Part shown: one piece after another, positions 1 to 8,001 of the stretch | Layout of the letters: every line of letters starts with the position of its first letter | Numbering within the stretch: position 1 is the first letter of the stretch | NCBI GenBank assembly: GCA_963665385.1 | Contig: OY762213.1 | Location: 468,846-532,845 of the forward strand | Source: Dehalococcoidia bacterium | GTDB taxonomy: Bacteria; Chloroflexota; Dehalococcoidia; UBA6926 | Direction: 5' to 3' | Length of the DNA: 64,000 bases | Program-made: the position numbers and the translations under genes | The notes under the pieces: generated by a model | Seen by the model: only the letters and a program-made list of their open reading frames with translations | The model's database searches: none | What the model was told of the DNA's origin: nothing

Positions 1-2139
1 CGGCACCCCGACCTTCTGCAGCATGTGCAGAACCTGGTGCGACGTGAACGCCTTGGTCCACTCACTGATCTCATGGTCGATTTCGTCGCGGTTCGCCCGT
101 CGCCCCTCCCTGTCCGCGAATCGTGGGTCGTCCGCCCAGTGCGGCGCGCCCATCGCCTGTGCGAGAGCCCGCCACTGCTCGTCCGTCTCGCACGCAATGA
201 CGATCCACGTGTCCGGGTACAGGCACGAATACGCGCCGTAGGGCGCGTAATGGGCCGCCAGAGGCTCGTCATAGCCCACGCTGCCCCAGATGTTCCCGTT
301 GATCGTGTAGTCCAGGATGGCCGGGCCCATCATCGATCCCTGGCCGTCCACCTGCGCAATCTCGATGAACTGACCCCGCCCGGTTACGTCGCGGAACTCC
401 AGCGCCGCCGCAGTCGAAAGCGCCACAAACGCCGCTCCCACGTAGTCCGGTATCACGCCCTTCGCGTGGTTCTGCATCGGCGAGTCCGGGTGCCCCCACA
501 GCAGCGACAGCCCCGTCACCGCCTGCAGGTTGTTGCCATACGTTACCCAGTTGTTTAGTGGCCCGTCTGATCCCATACCCGGCATACCGATCTGGATGAT
601 GCCCGGGTTGATCTTCGTCAGATCGTCGTAGCCCAGCCCAAGCCGCTTCATGACCGTCGCACTGAAGTTATCGACGACAACGTCGCTGTCTTTAGCGAGC
701 CGACGGAACAACTCCTTGCCCTCATCCGAGCGCAGATCGACCGTGCAACTCAGCTTGTTGCGGTTCATGTCTGGGAACAGCGGACGTGTCGGCTCACGGT
801 TCGCCTCAAGGCTTGCAGACTCCACCTTGATAACCTCCGCGCCATAGAACCCAAGGAACATCGTCCCGATGGGCCCTGCAAACGCGCGCGTGATGTCCGC
901 CACGCGAATGCCGTCCAACAGCGCCGCATCCGGCGCTTTGCCGTTCGTCGGGGCAGAATACGTCTCGCGTCTCGGTGAAACCGTCTCGATCTCGGCCAGC
1001 ACCTCATCGCGATGCTGGTCCAGAAGAGGCGCAGGGCGCGTCTGGTTCCATGGCGTCGCCGACATGATGAACGGCTGACCCGGCGTCTCGTACTCGCCAA
1101 CGACAGGATGCGTCACTTTCTGGAACCAGCCCCGTGACCGCATATGGTCGTCTGTTACAAAATCCTCGAACGTATTGACCGGGCAGCAGGCGAGGCCGCG
1201 CTTCTGCGCCTCCTCCACGAACTCATCGCGGTCGAACTGCTCGACAAACGACTGAATCAGTATCTGCGCGAGGTCCTCGTTGTCCGTCCGGTACTGGGAC
1301 GAATCCCAGTCATCATCGGACAGCACCGCGTCCTCCATCCATTGCCGGGACAGAACGCGCCAATGGCCGGTCATAAAGATCGCAATCTGAACGTACTTGT
1401 CATCCTTGGTTCGATAGATATTCGCGGGACCGCCACGTGGGCCTTGCCGCGTCACGATCTCGCTCCGCTGGCTGTAACGCGCAATCGTGCCGACCGTCGC
1501 GAACGTCAGCGCCTCCTGCAGCGACAGGTCGATGCGCTGCCCGCGTCCCGTCGCCCGCCGGTGCCGTACCGCGTTGATCGCCAGGTACGCCCCGTGAACG
1601 GCCGCGAGCTGCGACCCAATCTGGCACGGTAGAACGACCGGTGAGCGCTCATCGTCGCCCTGGCTCATCATCACTCCGGACATGGCAGAGATGATCGCCT
1701 CATTGGCCGCAAAGTGGCTGAACGGCCCCGTCTGCCCGAACGGCGTCAGCGAGACGGTCACAAGCCCCGGATTCAACGCCTCCAGCCGCGCGTCATCAAT
1801 CCCCAACTCAGCCAACTGGCCGGGAGTTGTGCACTCCACAAAAACATCGGCGCGCTCGATGAGCTTCTCCAAAGTCTCTCGACCGCCCGAGTCATCAATA
1901 TCCAGCACGATGCTGCGACGGTTCAGATTGGCGTTCAGAAACTTGATGCCGCGCTCCGGGTCCGCGATGTCGCCGGCGAAGGGCCCATGCATCCGGTTTG
2001 GATCGCCCCCCGGCGGCTCCACCTTGATTACATCCGCGCCGAGCCCCGCGAGGAACCCCGCGCAATACGCCGCCGGAATCTCCCCAATCTCAACAACCCG
2101 CAGATGCCCCAGCGCCGAATCCCTATTCCCGTTAGTCAT
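1..2139 (-). CDS. Family III (CaiB/BaiF) CoA-transferase with two transferase modules fused in one ORF; C-terminus lies outside the window
   Basis: Absent from the ORF track because it has no stop inside the window. Manual reverse translation from ATG (2139) gives MTNGNRDSALGHLRVVEIGEIPAAYCAGFLAGLGADVIKVEPPGGDP. It stays open (checked 781-2139 and 1-60) through APLLDQHRDEVLAEIETVSPRRETYSAPTNGKAPDAALLDGIRVADITRAFAGPIGTMFLGFYGAEVIKVES, a second N-terminal-type CoA-transferase motif about 400 codons in. It ends at the window edge with WTKAFTSHQVLHMLQKVGVP. The + strand ORFs here are Arg/Pro-rich shadows. Confidence 0.8.
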   Translation of the reverse strand, partial: MTNGNRDSALGHLRVVEIGEIPAAYCAGFLAGLGADVIKVEPPGGDPNRMHGPFAGDIADPERGIKFLNANLNRRSIVLDIDDSGGRETLEKLIERADVFVECTTPGQLAELGIDDARLEALNPGLVTVSLTPFGQTGPFSHFAANEAIISAMSGVMMSQGDDERSPVVLPCQIGSQLAAVHGAYLAINAVRHRRATGRGQRIDLSLQEALTFATVGTIARYSQRSEIVTRQGPRGGPANIYRTKDDKYVQIAIFMTGHWRVLSRQWMEDAVLSDDDWDSSQYRTDNEDLAQILIQSFVEQFDRDEFVEEAQKRGLACCPVNTFEDFVTDDHMRSRGWFQKVTHPVVGEYETPGQPFIMSATPWNQTRPAPLLDQHRDEVLAEIETVSPRRETYSAPTNGKAPDAALLDGIRVADITRAFAGPIGTMFLGFYGAEVIKVESASLEANREPTRPLFPDMNRNKLSCTVDLRSDEGKELFRRLAKDSDVVVDNFSATVMKRLGLGYDDLTKINPGIIQIGMPGMGSDGPLNNWVTYGNNLQAVTGLSLLWGHPDSPMQNHAKGVIPDYVGAAFVALSTAAALEFRDVTGRGQFIEIAQVDGQGSMMGPAILDYTINGNIWGSVGYDEPLAAHYAPYGAYSCLYPDTWIVIACETDEQWRALAQAMGAPHWADDPRFADREGRRANRDEIDHEISEWTKAFTSHQVLHMLQKVGVP

Positions 2140-2213
2140 AACCATTCTCCCCACCGATTAGGCGCTCGCTTCTCCGCCACCTCGCTATATCCCCTCAAGC
2201 CCCGCTCATTCCC

Positions 2214-2237
2214 TCATTCCGGCGAAAGCCGGAATCC
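2214..2237. repeat. Family-A palindromic intergenic repeat (REP/MITE-like hairpin)
   Basis: TCATTCCGGCGAAAGCCGGAATCC has a perfect 8-bp stem ATTCCGGC/GCCGGAAT with a GAAA loop. A near-identical copy lies at 52687-52710 and variants at other sites. Confidence 0.8.
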
Positions 2238-2324
2238 ATCCTGAGCAATGTGAGCGCCCCAATCTGCGAGTACGATAGGCGTCCCACGTTGGCGGGTCAA
2301 GAAGCAGACCAGTCCCCTCCCCCC

Positions 2325-2354
2325 GTCATTCCCGCGCAGGCGGGAACCTGAATC
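2325..2354. repeat. Family-A palindromic repeat
   Basis: GTCATTCCCGCGCAGGCGGGAACCTGAATC, stem TTCCCGC/GCGGGAA. It shares the GTCATTCC head with the other copies. Confidence 0.75.
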
Positions 2355-2417
2355 ACAATGACGCAACCCAACCTCGTAACGCCGCTCATCCCCTTGCCCC
2401 CACCTCTCATAGTCAGT

Positions 2418-2447
2418 AGGGTAGACACAAAACAACACGTCTACCCT
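2418..2447 (+). promoter_or_regulatory. 9-bp inverted repeat just upstream of vapB (possible autoregulatory operator)
   Basis: AGGGTAGAC (2418-2426), 12 nt, GTCTACCCT (2439-2447), abutting the GAGGAA Shine-Dalgarno and the ATG at 2459. Confidence 0.35.
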
Positions 2448-2458
2448 GAGGAACGACA

Positions 2459-2722
2459 ATGAGCCTGAACATCAAGAACGAGGAAACCTGCCGCCTCGCC
2501 GAAGAACTGGCAGCCCTAACCAAAGAAAACAAGACGCAGGCAATCACCATCGCCCTCCAAGAGCGCCTCGAACGCCTGCGTCAAGACCGTGAGGCAAGAA
2601 TCGCGGCAGAAATCGCCGATATGGAGGCCATCGCCAAGCGCGCCGCTGCCCTCATGGGCCCCGGCCCGTCCGCCAAGGAAATCCGGGACTCTCTCTATGG
2701 CGAGTTCGGCGAGCCAAAATGA
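2459..2722 (+). CDS. vapB: Type II antitoxin, VapB-like
   Basis: An 87-aa ORF (MSLNIKNEETCRLAEELAALTKENKTQAITIALQERLERL). Its stop overlaps the start of the downstream PIN gene (ATGA at 2719-2722), the classic antitoxin-toxin arrangement. Confidence 0.7.
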   Translation: MSLNIKNEETCRLAEELAALTKENKTQAITIALQERLERLRQDREARIAAEIADMEAIAKRAAALMGPGPSAKEIRDSLYGEFGEPK

Positions 2723-3105
2723 TCATCGACACATCGGCGATCTGCGCCATTCTGTTCGAGGAACCGGATGCCAGATACTACACAGAAGCTATCGCGCAAG
2801 CGGATGAACGTCGGATGTCAGCAGGCAATCTTCTGGAAGCGTCAATGGTCATTGAAAGTCGCGGCGGTTCTGCGATGGGTGAACGGCTTGATGAACTCAT
2901 CGAGAGAAGGGGAATAGAAATCGTTCCCGTAACCGCTCAACACGTCGCCGTCGCCCGACGCGCCTGGCGAAGTTTTGGCAAAGGCAACCACCCCGCCGGC
3001 CTCAACCTGGGCGATTGCCTCGCCTACGCCCTCTCAGAAATGACCCAAGAACCCCTCCTCTTCAAAGGCCAAGACTTCACCCAGACGGATATCCACACCG
3101 CCTAA
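2719..3105 (+). CDS. vapC: PIN-domain ribonuclease toxin VapC
   Basis: 128 aa. MIIDTSAICAILFEE (N-terminal acidic PIN residue), EASMVIES, and LNLGDCLAYALS followed by LLFKGQDFTQTD. This is the typical VapC layout, translationally coupled to vapB. Confidence 0.85.
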   Translation: MIIDTSAICAILFEEPDARYYTEAIAQADERRMSAGNLLEASMVIESRGGSAMGERLDELIERRGIEIVPVTAQHVAVARRAWRSFGKGNHPAGLNLGDCLAYALSEMTQEPLLFKGQDFTQTDIHTA

Positions 3106-3120
3106 CCCAATAGGCTCCCC

Positions 3121-3258
3121 ACTCCGGCAACTCTATCCGTCATTCCAGCGAAGGCCGGAATTTATCCCGTGGCCCGTGGGGGCCACCACGTATCACCCAC
3201 ACTGCGGCAACTCCGTCCGTTCCCCGTCATTCCGAGCGCGAACGCGGAATCTGGAATC
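3121..3258. repeat. Two tandem roughly 80-bp units, each ending in a family-A palindrome
   Basis: ACTCCGGCAACTCTATCCGTCATTCCAGCGAAGGCCGGAATTT (3121-3163) and ACTGCGGCAACTCCGTCCGTTCCCCGTCATTCCGAGCGCGAACGCGGAATCTGGAATC (3201-3258). Confidence 0.7.
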
Positions 3259-3304
3259 TCACTTACCGGCGACATTTGTCTCCGAAGAGCTTGTTGCCTG
3301 AACG

Positions 3305-4813
3305 CTATTCAGGTGCTCCCATCAGGTAGCCGGTAGTCAGGCCCTGTTGCTTAATCCAGTCCTTCACTTCACGGTCAGTGTCCATTCTGATCCGGTCAAT
3401 CTCGGAATCTGCCGGCGCATCCCACATCTTCCAGTCGACCAACCGAGCTACACACTCCCGAATCTGTTTCAATTGATCTTCGCTCAGGGTTCGGTACAAA
3501 GGCTTGGTTTTATCATCAGAGTCGTACAATTCGAGCTTTGCGCAAATCGCATCCCTTAGAACCTCTGCCCAAGCTTTCATGAATCTGGCGCGAATCATTC
3601 GTGTCAGCCTTCTCTGAATGGGGTTATCCTTACTTGCCCTTGGATCCCACTGATCCAAGGCAAGGTTATAGATCATGTTCATTAGACTGACCATGTTCTC
3701 TGATTCGTCTTGCCTCTTGTAATCATCAGTGGTCATATTGTCATTGACGGGCTCCCGAAGCAGAAAGTAGGAGAAGAGGGAGTTGGTCAAACCATTCAAA
3801 GTGATTGGGCTGCTTTCGCTAGCACGATTCGTCACTGAGATAAGCTCGGAGAGGTGATTTTCCTCGTCCTTAAGTATGGAGTCGTATAGGAAATTGCGAA
3901 ACCTGTTCCTGCCTTCCGCGTGGGTTAGGCTGTCTTTCTTGCGAAGATGCTGAATGAAACCGGCCTCACTCTTGACTTCACCGTCTTCCAGATCCTTGTA
4001 TTCATCAAAATCGCCACGAAACTGAGCCCCCAGCTTCATTACCATAATCGAAGTATAGAATCGTGTTTGCGAATATTTGTCATGCGCATCAATGTTCGTA
4101 TCGCTCAGCAGGCGCATTTCTGGATCCAGATAGATCTTGCATTCCAATTCTCGGCGGTTGTTCCACAACAATGCAGCGGCTTTGTGTTGACCATCGAAGA
4201 GCTTGATGCGGCCGTTCGTAATCCTCCCTAAAGAAGGTTGCAATACCGGGTGTATCTGGAAGTGGCGGAATAGGTCGAACACCTTGCCGAAGATCAGATA
4301 ACGGGGCTGTAGACCGATGCCCTGGTCGCTGTCATCGTCACTGTCCAGCAATGCTACTGGCAATGTTGCGTAAAAGTAGTCCCAAGATGTGACTGGGCAT
4401 TTGTATAGCTGAAAGTCGCCAGAGAAGGATGCCGATTGGATTGCGACGCTATCTTGCGAAACCCGTGCGGATATCGGTTGACCATAGTCATTCAGCATGT
4501 CTGTTGCTTTGAAATGGTCGAGCAAGTTACCGAGTGTTAGTTTATCGCCCTTGGAGAAGAACTCTTCCAATTGCAGCCTTGCCCTGAAGTCGAAAAGCCG
4601 TAGTGTGCCCTTTTCTCGATTGTGTTGTGCACACATTGGAGCAATATTGTTGATTTCGGTCGCCCCGCCGGTGGCGTATGCGCGTATGTGGTCGAATTGA
4701 GGCGACTCGGCGTCGGGAATATCGTGTCCCGTTGCAAAGCAGACCCGCCCGTGCTGTTGAAGTACGCGCTCTTTCTCGTCGTCAGTGAGTTGGCGACCAA
4801 GTGTGACTGTCAT
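3305..4813 (-). CDS. HNH endonuclease fused to a DGQHR (DndB/ParB-like) domain, plus an uncharacterised C-terminal half
   Basis: 502 aa. The N-terminus CFATGHDIPDAESPQFDHIRAYATGGATEINNIAPMCAQHNREKG is a His-Me finger pattern. The mid-region RIKLFDGQHKAAALLW is a DGQHR-type motif. Sampled blocks are 40-52 % GC against about 57 % in thrS. Confidence 0.65.
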   Translation of the reverse strand: MTVTLGRQLTDDEKERVLQQHGRVCFATGHDIPDAESPQFDHIRAYATGGATEINNIAPMCAQHNREKGTLRLFDFRARLQLEEFFSKGDKLTLGNLLDHFKATDMLNDYGQPISARVSQDSVAIQSASFSGDFQLYKCPVTSWDYFYATLPVALLDSDDDSDQGIGLQPRYLIFGKVFDLFRHFQIHPVLQPSLGRITNGRIKLFDGQHKAAALLWNNRRELECKIYLDPEMRLLSDTNIDAHDKYSQTRFYTSIMVMKLGAQFRGDFDEYKDLEDGEVKSEAGFIQHLRKKDSLTHAEGRNRFRNFLYDSILKDEENHLSELISVTNRASESSPITLNGLTNSLFSYFLLREPVNDNMTTDDYKRQDESENMVSLMNMIYNLALDQWDPRASKDNPIQRRLTRMIRARFMKAWAEVLRDAICAKLELYDSDDKTKPLYRTLSEDQLKQIRECVARLVDWKMWDAPADSEIDRIRMDTDREVKDWIKQQGLTTGYLMGAPE

Positions 4814-4934
4814 TTCGAATCCCCTTGTAGCTTGGATGCACTCGTAGGACGTGCCGTCAAATAGTAAGGGACTGGTGTCTGCTACGCAAAATCACACGGC
4901 GATTCTACGCAGGGCTGAGAGTCACTACGCCTAC

Positions 4935-6719
4935 CTACCCCCTCCCCGCAGCCACCTCCCCCAGCACCCGCTCCGCAAATTCCGATATAGCCACCGCCCC
5001 CAGGTTCTCGCTGTTCTCCCGACGACGCACCGCCACGGTCTCCGACTCCGCCTCGCGGTCGCCGACAACCAGCATGTAGGGCACGTGCCGCGTCTGAGCC
5101 TCGCGGATCTTCGCGTTCATCCGCTCGTTGCGATCATCGATCTCACAACGAAGTCCTGCAGCGTGCAGCTGCTCCTGCACCTGCTGTGCGTACGGGATAT
5201 GCCGGTCAGCGATGGGGATGACCGTCGCCTGCACCGGCGCCAGCCACACCGGGAACGCCCCCGCGTTGTGCTCCAGCAGCACCCCGAAGAACCGCTCCAA
5301 GGACCCAAGAATCGCGCGGTGAATCATCACCGGCCGCTCGCGCGTGTTGTCCTCCGTCACGTATTCCAGATCGAACCGCTCCGGCAGGTTGAAGTCCAGC
5401 TGGAACGTGCTCAACTGCCACTCGCGACGTAGCGCGTCCTGTGAGAACAGATCGATCTTCGGCCCGTAGAATGCCCCCTCATTGGGTATCTCTTCGAAGT
5501 CCGCCCCCGCCAGCGTCAGCGCCTCACGCAGCGCCTCCTCCGCCTGGTCCCAAGTCTCATCGCTACCGACACGCTTCTCGGGCCGCAGCGACAGCGTGTA
5601 ACGAGGCTCATTCAGCCCGAACGCCTCATACACGTCGCGCATCATCCGTATTAAGGACGAAAACTCATCCTGTACCTGGTCCAAACGACAGAAGATGTGA
5701 GCATCATCCTGCGAAAAACTCCGAACACGCGTCAGCCCATGCGTCACGCCGGACCGCTCATTCCGATGCAGCCGCCCAAAGTCCGCCAAACGCAGCGGCA
5801 GCGCGCGATACGAATGCAGCTGCGACTGATACACCACGCAGTGCCCAGGGCAATTCATCGGCTTCACCCCGTACTCGATCTCATCTGACTGCGTCAGGTA
5901 CATGTTCTCCAGGTAATTGTCGTAATGCCCCGACTGCTTCCACAGGTCGGTCAAAAAGATTTGCGGCGTTATGACCTCTTGGTAGCCGTACCTGTCATAC
6001 AGCTCGCGGATGAAATCAACCATCAGGTTGTAGACCGTCGCCCCCTTTGGCAGGAAAAACGGGCTCGCCGGCGCGATCGGGTCGAAGAAGAACAGGTCTA
6101 AGTCGCGTCCCAGCCGCCGGTGATCCCGCCGCTCCGCCTCCGCCAACCGCTCCAGGTGCGCGTCCAGCTCCTCCTGCGTCTCGAACAGCGCCCCGTAGAT
6201 ACGCTGTAACTGCGGATTGCTCTCATTGCCGCGCCAATACGCCCCCGCCACGCGCGTCAGCGTGAATGCCCCCGTCTTATCAGTCGACTCCGCATGAGGC
6301 CCCTGGCACAGGTCCGTGAAATCCCGATGCGAATACGTCGAGACCGTCTCATCCGTCAGGCTCTCGATAATCTCCACCTTGAAAGGCTGATCCGCGAATC
6401 GTGTCAGCCCCTCCTCACGCGGCATCTCGCCCGCGACGAACGGAGCCGCCGATGCCGCGCTCTCCCGCATCCGCGCCTCGATCTCCGGCAGATCGTCCGT
6501 GGACAGCGTGCGCGGCAGCAGAAAATCGTAATAGAACCCGTCCTCGATGGGCGGCCCTATCCCAAGCTTCGCCTCTGGGAACATGGACAGCACGGCCTCC
6601 GCCATCATGTGCGCGGCGGAGTGCCGCATCCGGATGAGCGTGTCGTCCGCCCCCGCATAGCGCCCTTCAAGCGCGCCATCATGCCCGGTGTCTGATGCGT
6701 GACCTTCTTGATGGGACAT
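4935..6719 (-). CDS. thrS: Threonine--tRNA ligase (no N-terminal TGS domain)
   Basis: 594 aa. The HSAAHMMAEAVLSMFPEAKLGIGPPIEDGFYYDF editing-domain motif already appears at residue about 33. Class II core motifs (FSQDDAHIF, GAFYGPKID) and a C-terminal anticodon-binding domain are present. Confidence 0.9.
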   Translation of the reverse strand: MSHQEGHASDTGHDGALEGRYAGADDTLIRMRHSAAHMMAEAVLSMFPEAKLGIGPPIEDGFYYDFLLPRTLSTDDLPEIEARMRESAASAAPFVAGEMPREEGLTRFADQPFKVEIIESLTDETVSTYSHRDFTDLCQGPHAESTDKTGAFTLTRVAGAYWRGNESNPQLQRIYGALFETQEELDAHLERLAEAERRDHRRLGRDLDLFFFDPIAPASPFFLPKGATVYNLMVDFIRELYDRYGYQEVITPQIFLTDLWKQSGHYDNYLENMYLTQSDEIEYGVKPMNCPGHCVVYQSQLHSYRALPLRLADFGRLHRNERSGVTHGLTRVRSFSQDDAHIFCRLDQVQDEFSSLIRMMRDVYEAFGLNEPRYTLSLRPEKRVGSDETWDQAEEALREALTLAGADFEEIPNEGAFYGPKIDLFSQDALRREWQLSTFQLDFNLPERFDLEYVTEDNTRERPVMIHRAILGSLERFFGVLLEHNAGAFPVWLAPVQATVIPIADRHIPYAQQVQEQLHAAGLRCEIDDRNERMNAKIREAQTRHVPYMLVVGDREAESETVAVRRRENSENLGAVAISEFAERVLGEVAAGRG

Positions 6720-6755
6720 CGTCGTTCATTTCTCCTTGCGCTAGTCCTATCTATA

Positions 6756-7913
6756 ATGACGAATGAAACGCAAAGCTTGAAAGAGGCTGAACAAGTGCCC
6801 GATTCGATATCACCCGAAACCCACTCCCGCCAGCGCCAACTCCTCGAAGAGCTGTCCAACGCCTTCGGCCCCACCGGCCACGAGGGCCCCGTCCGCGCCA
6901 TCGTCCGACGCGAGATGGATTCCCTCGCAGACTTTGTCGAGACAGACGGCATCGGCTCTCTCATCGCTCGCATCGGAGAGGAATCAGATGACGTTCCCCG
7001 CATCATGCTCTCCGGCCATATGGATGAAGTGGGCCTCATGGTCCGCCAGATCACAGCCGAGGGCTACCTCACCATTCAGCCCCTCGGCGGCTGGCTTGAC
7101 CAGGCACTGATAAACCAGCGTTGGGTCGTCATGACACGCAACGGCCCCATCCCCGGCCTGACCGGCATCAAGACCCCACACGTCATGCAGCCGGACGCCC
7201 GCAACCAGGTATTCAAGAAAGAAAGTATGTTTATCGACGTCGGCGCGACCAACAAGGAGGACGCTGAGCAGCGACTCGGCATCCGCCCAGGCGATCCCAT
7301 CGCGCCAGACAGCCGCTTCCAAGAGATGGCCGGCGGCGAACTCTATATCGGCAAGGCGTGGGATGACAGGGCAGGGGTGGCCGGACTCATCGAAATAGCC
7401 CGAGCCCTGAGTGAATCCGCAGATCCACTCCCCGCCACCGTCTACCTTGTCGCCACCGTTCAGGAAGAAGTCGGCCTGCGCGGCGCGCACACAAGCAGCT
7501 TCCACGTCATGCCGGACATAGGCATCAACCTTGAGTCCGGCGTCGCGGGGGACTACCCCGGCATCACCAAAGACGAGGCCCAGGAGGAGCTCGGCAAAGG
7601 CCCGACCGTCTTCCTCCATGACAGCTCCATGCTGCCTAACCTGCGACTGCGCGATTTCTTTGTCGATACAGCCGCCGAACTCGAGATGCCGCTCCAATTC
7701 AACGTCCTCAGTGGCTATGGAGAAGACGGCGCGGAGATGCAGAAAGCAGGCTCCGGCGCCCCCTCTATCAACATCGCCGTCCCCACTCGCTACCTGCACA
7801 GCCATAACGGCGTCATCCACCGCGACGACTTCGCCAACGCCGTCCGCCTCGTTACAGAAGTCGTCCGCCGCCTCACCCCGGAAACCGTCTCAGCCCTGAC
7901 CACCTTCGACTAA
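6756..7913 (+). CDS. M42 family aminopeptidase (FrvX/PepA-like)
   Basis: LLEELSNAFGPTGHEGPVRAIV and IMLSGHMDEVGLMV motifs. The ORF-track start at 6699 would overlap thrS. The ATG at 6756 or the GTG at 6795 (after AAGAGG) is more likely. Confidence 0.8.
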   Translation: MTNETQSLKEAEQVPDSISPETHSRQRQLLEELSNAFGPTGHEGPVRAIVRREMDSLADFVETDGIGSLIARIGEESDDVPRIMLSGHMDEVGLMVRQITAEGYLTIQPLGGWLDQALINQRWVVMTRNGPIPGLTGIKTPHVMQPDARNQVFKKESMFIDVGATNKEDAEQRLGIRPGDPIAPDSRFQEMAGGELYIGKAWDDRAGVAGLIEIARALSESADPLPATVYLVATVQEEVGLRGAHTSSFHVMPDIGINLESGVAGDYPGITKDEAQEELGKGPTVFLHDSSMLPNLRLRDFFVDTAAELEMPLQFNVLSGYGEDGAEMQKAGSGAPSINIAVPTRYLHSHNGVIHRDDFANAVRLVTEVVRRLTPETVSALTTFD

Positions 7914-8001
7914 TCCCTTTCCCAACCCCCCGCGCAGGCAAGGGGAGGCAAGCGCGTCGTGGATGCAACCTTTATGATGAACGCAACTTGACTACAGGAG
8001 T

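Noticed and set aside
25-2244. Plus-strand ORFs over the first 2.2 kb (25-558, 1144-1632, 1682-2161, 1714-2244 and others)
   Set aside because: They are Arg/Pro/Leu-rich with no motifs. They lie antisense to a continuous minus-strand frame with textbook CaiB-type motifs, so they are high-GC shadow ORFs.
6720-6755. A T-box or other leader-based regulation of thrS
   Set aside because: Only about 36 nt separate the thrS ATG from the divergent M42 gene. That is far too short for a T-box or operator-mimic leader.
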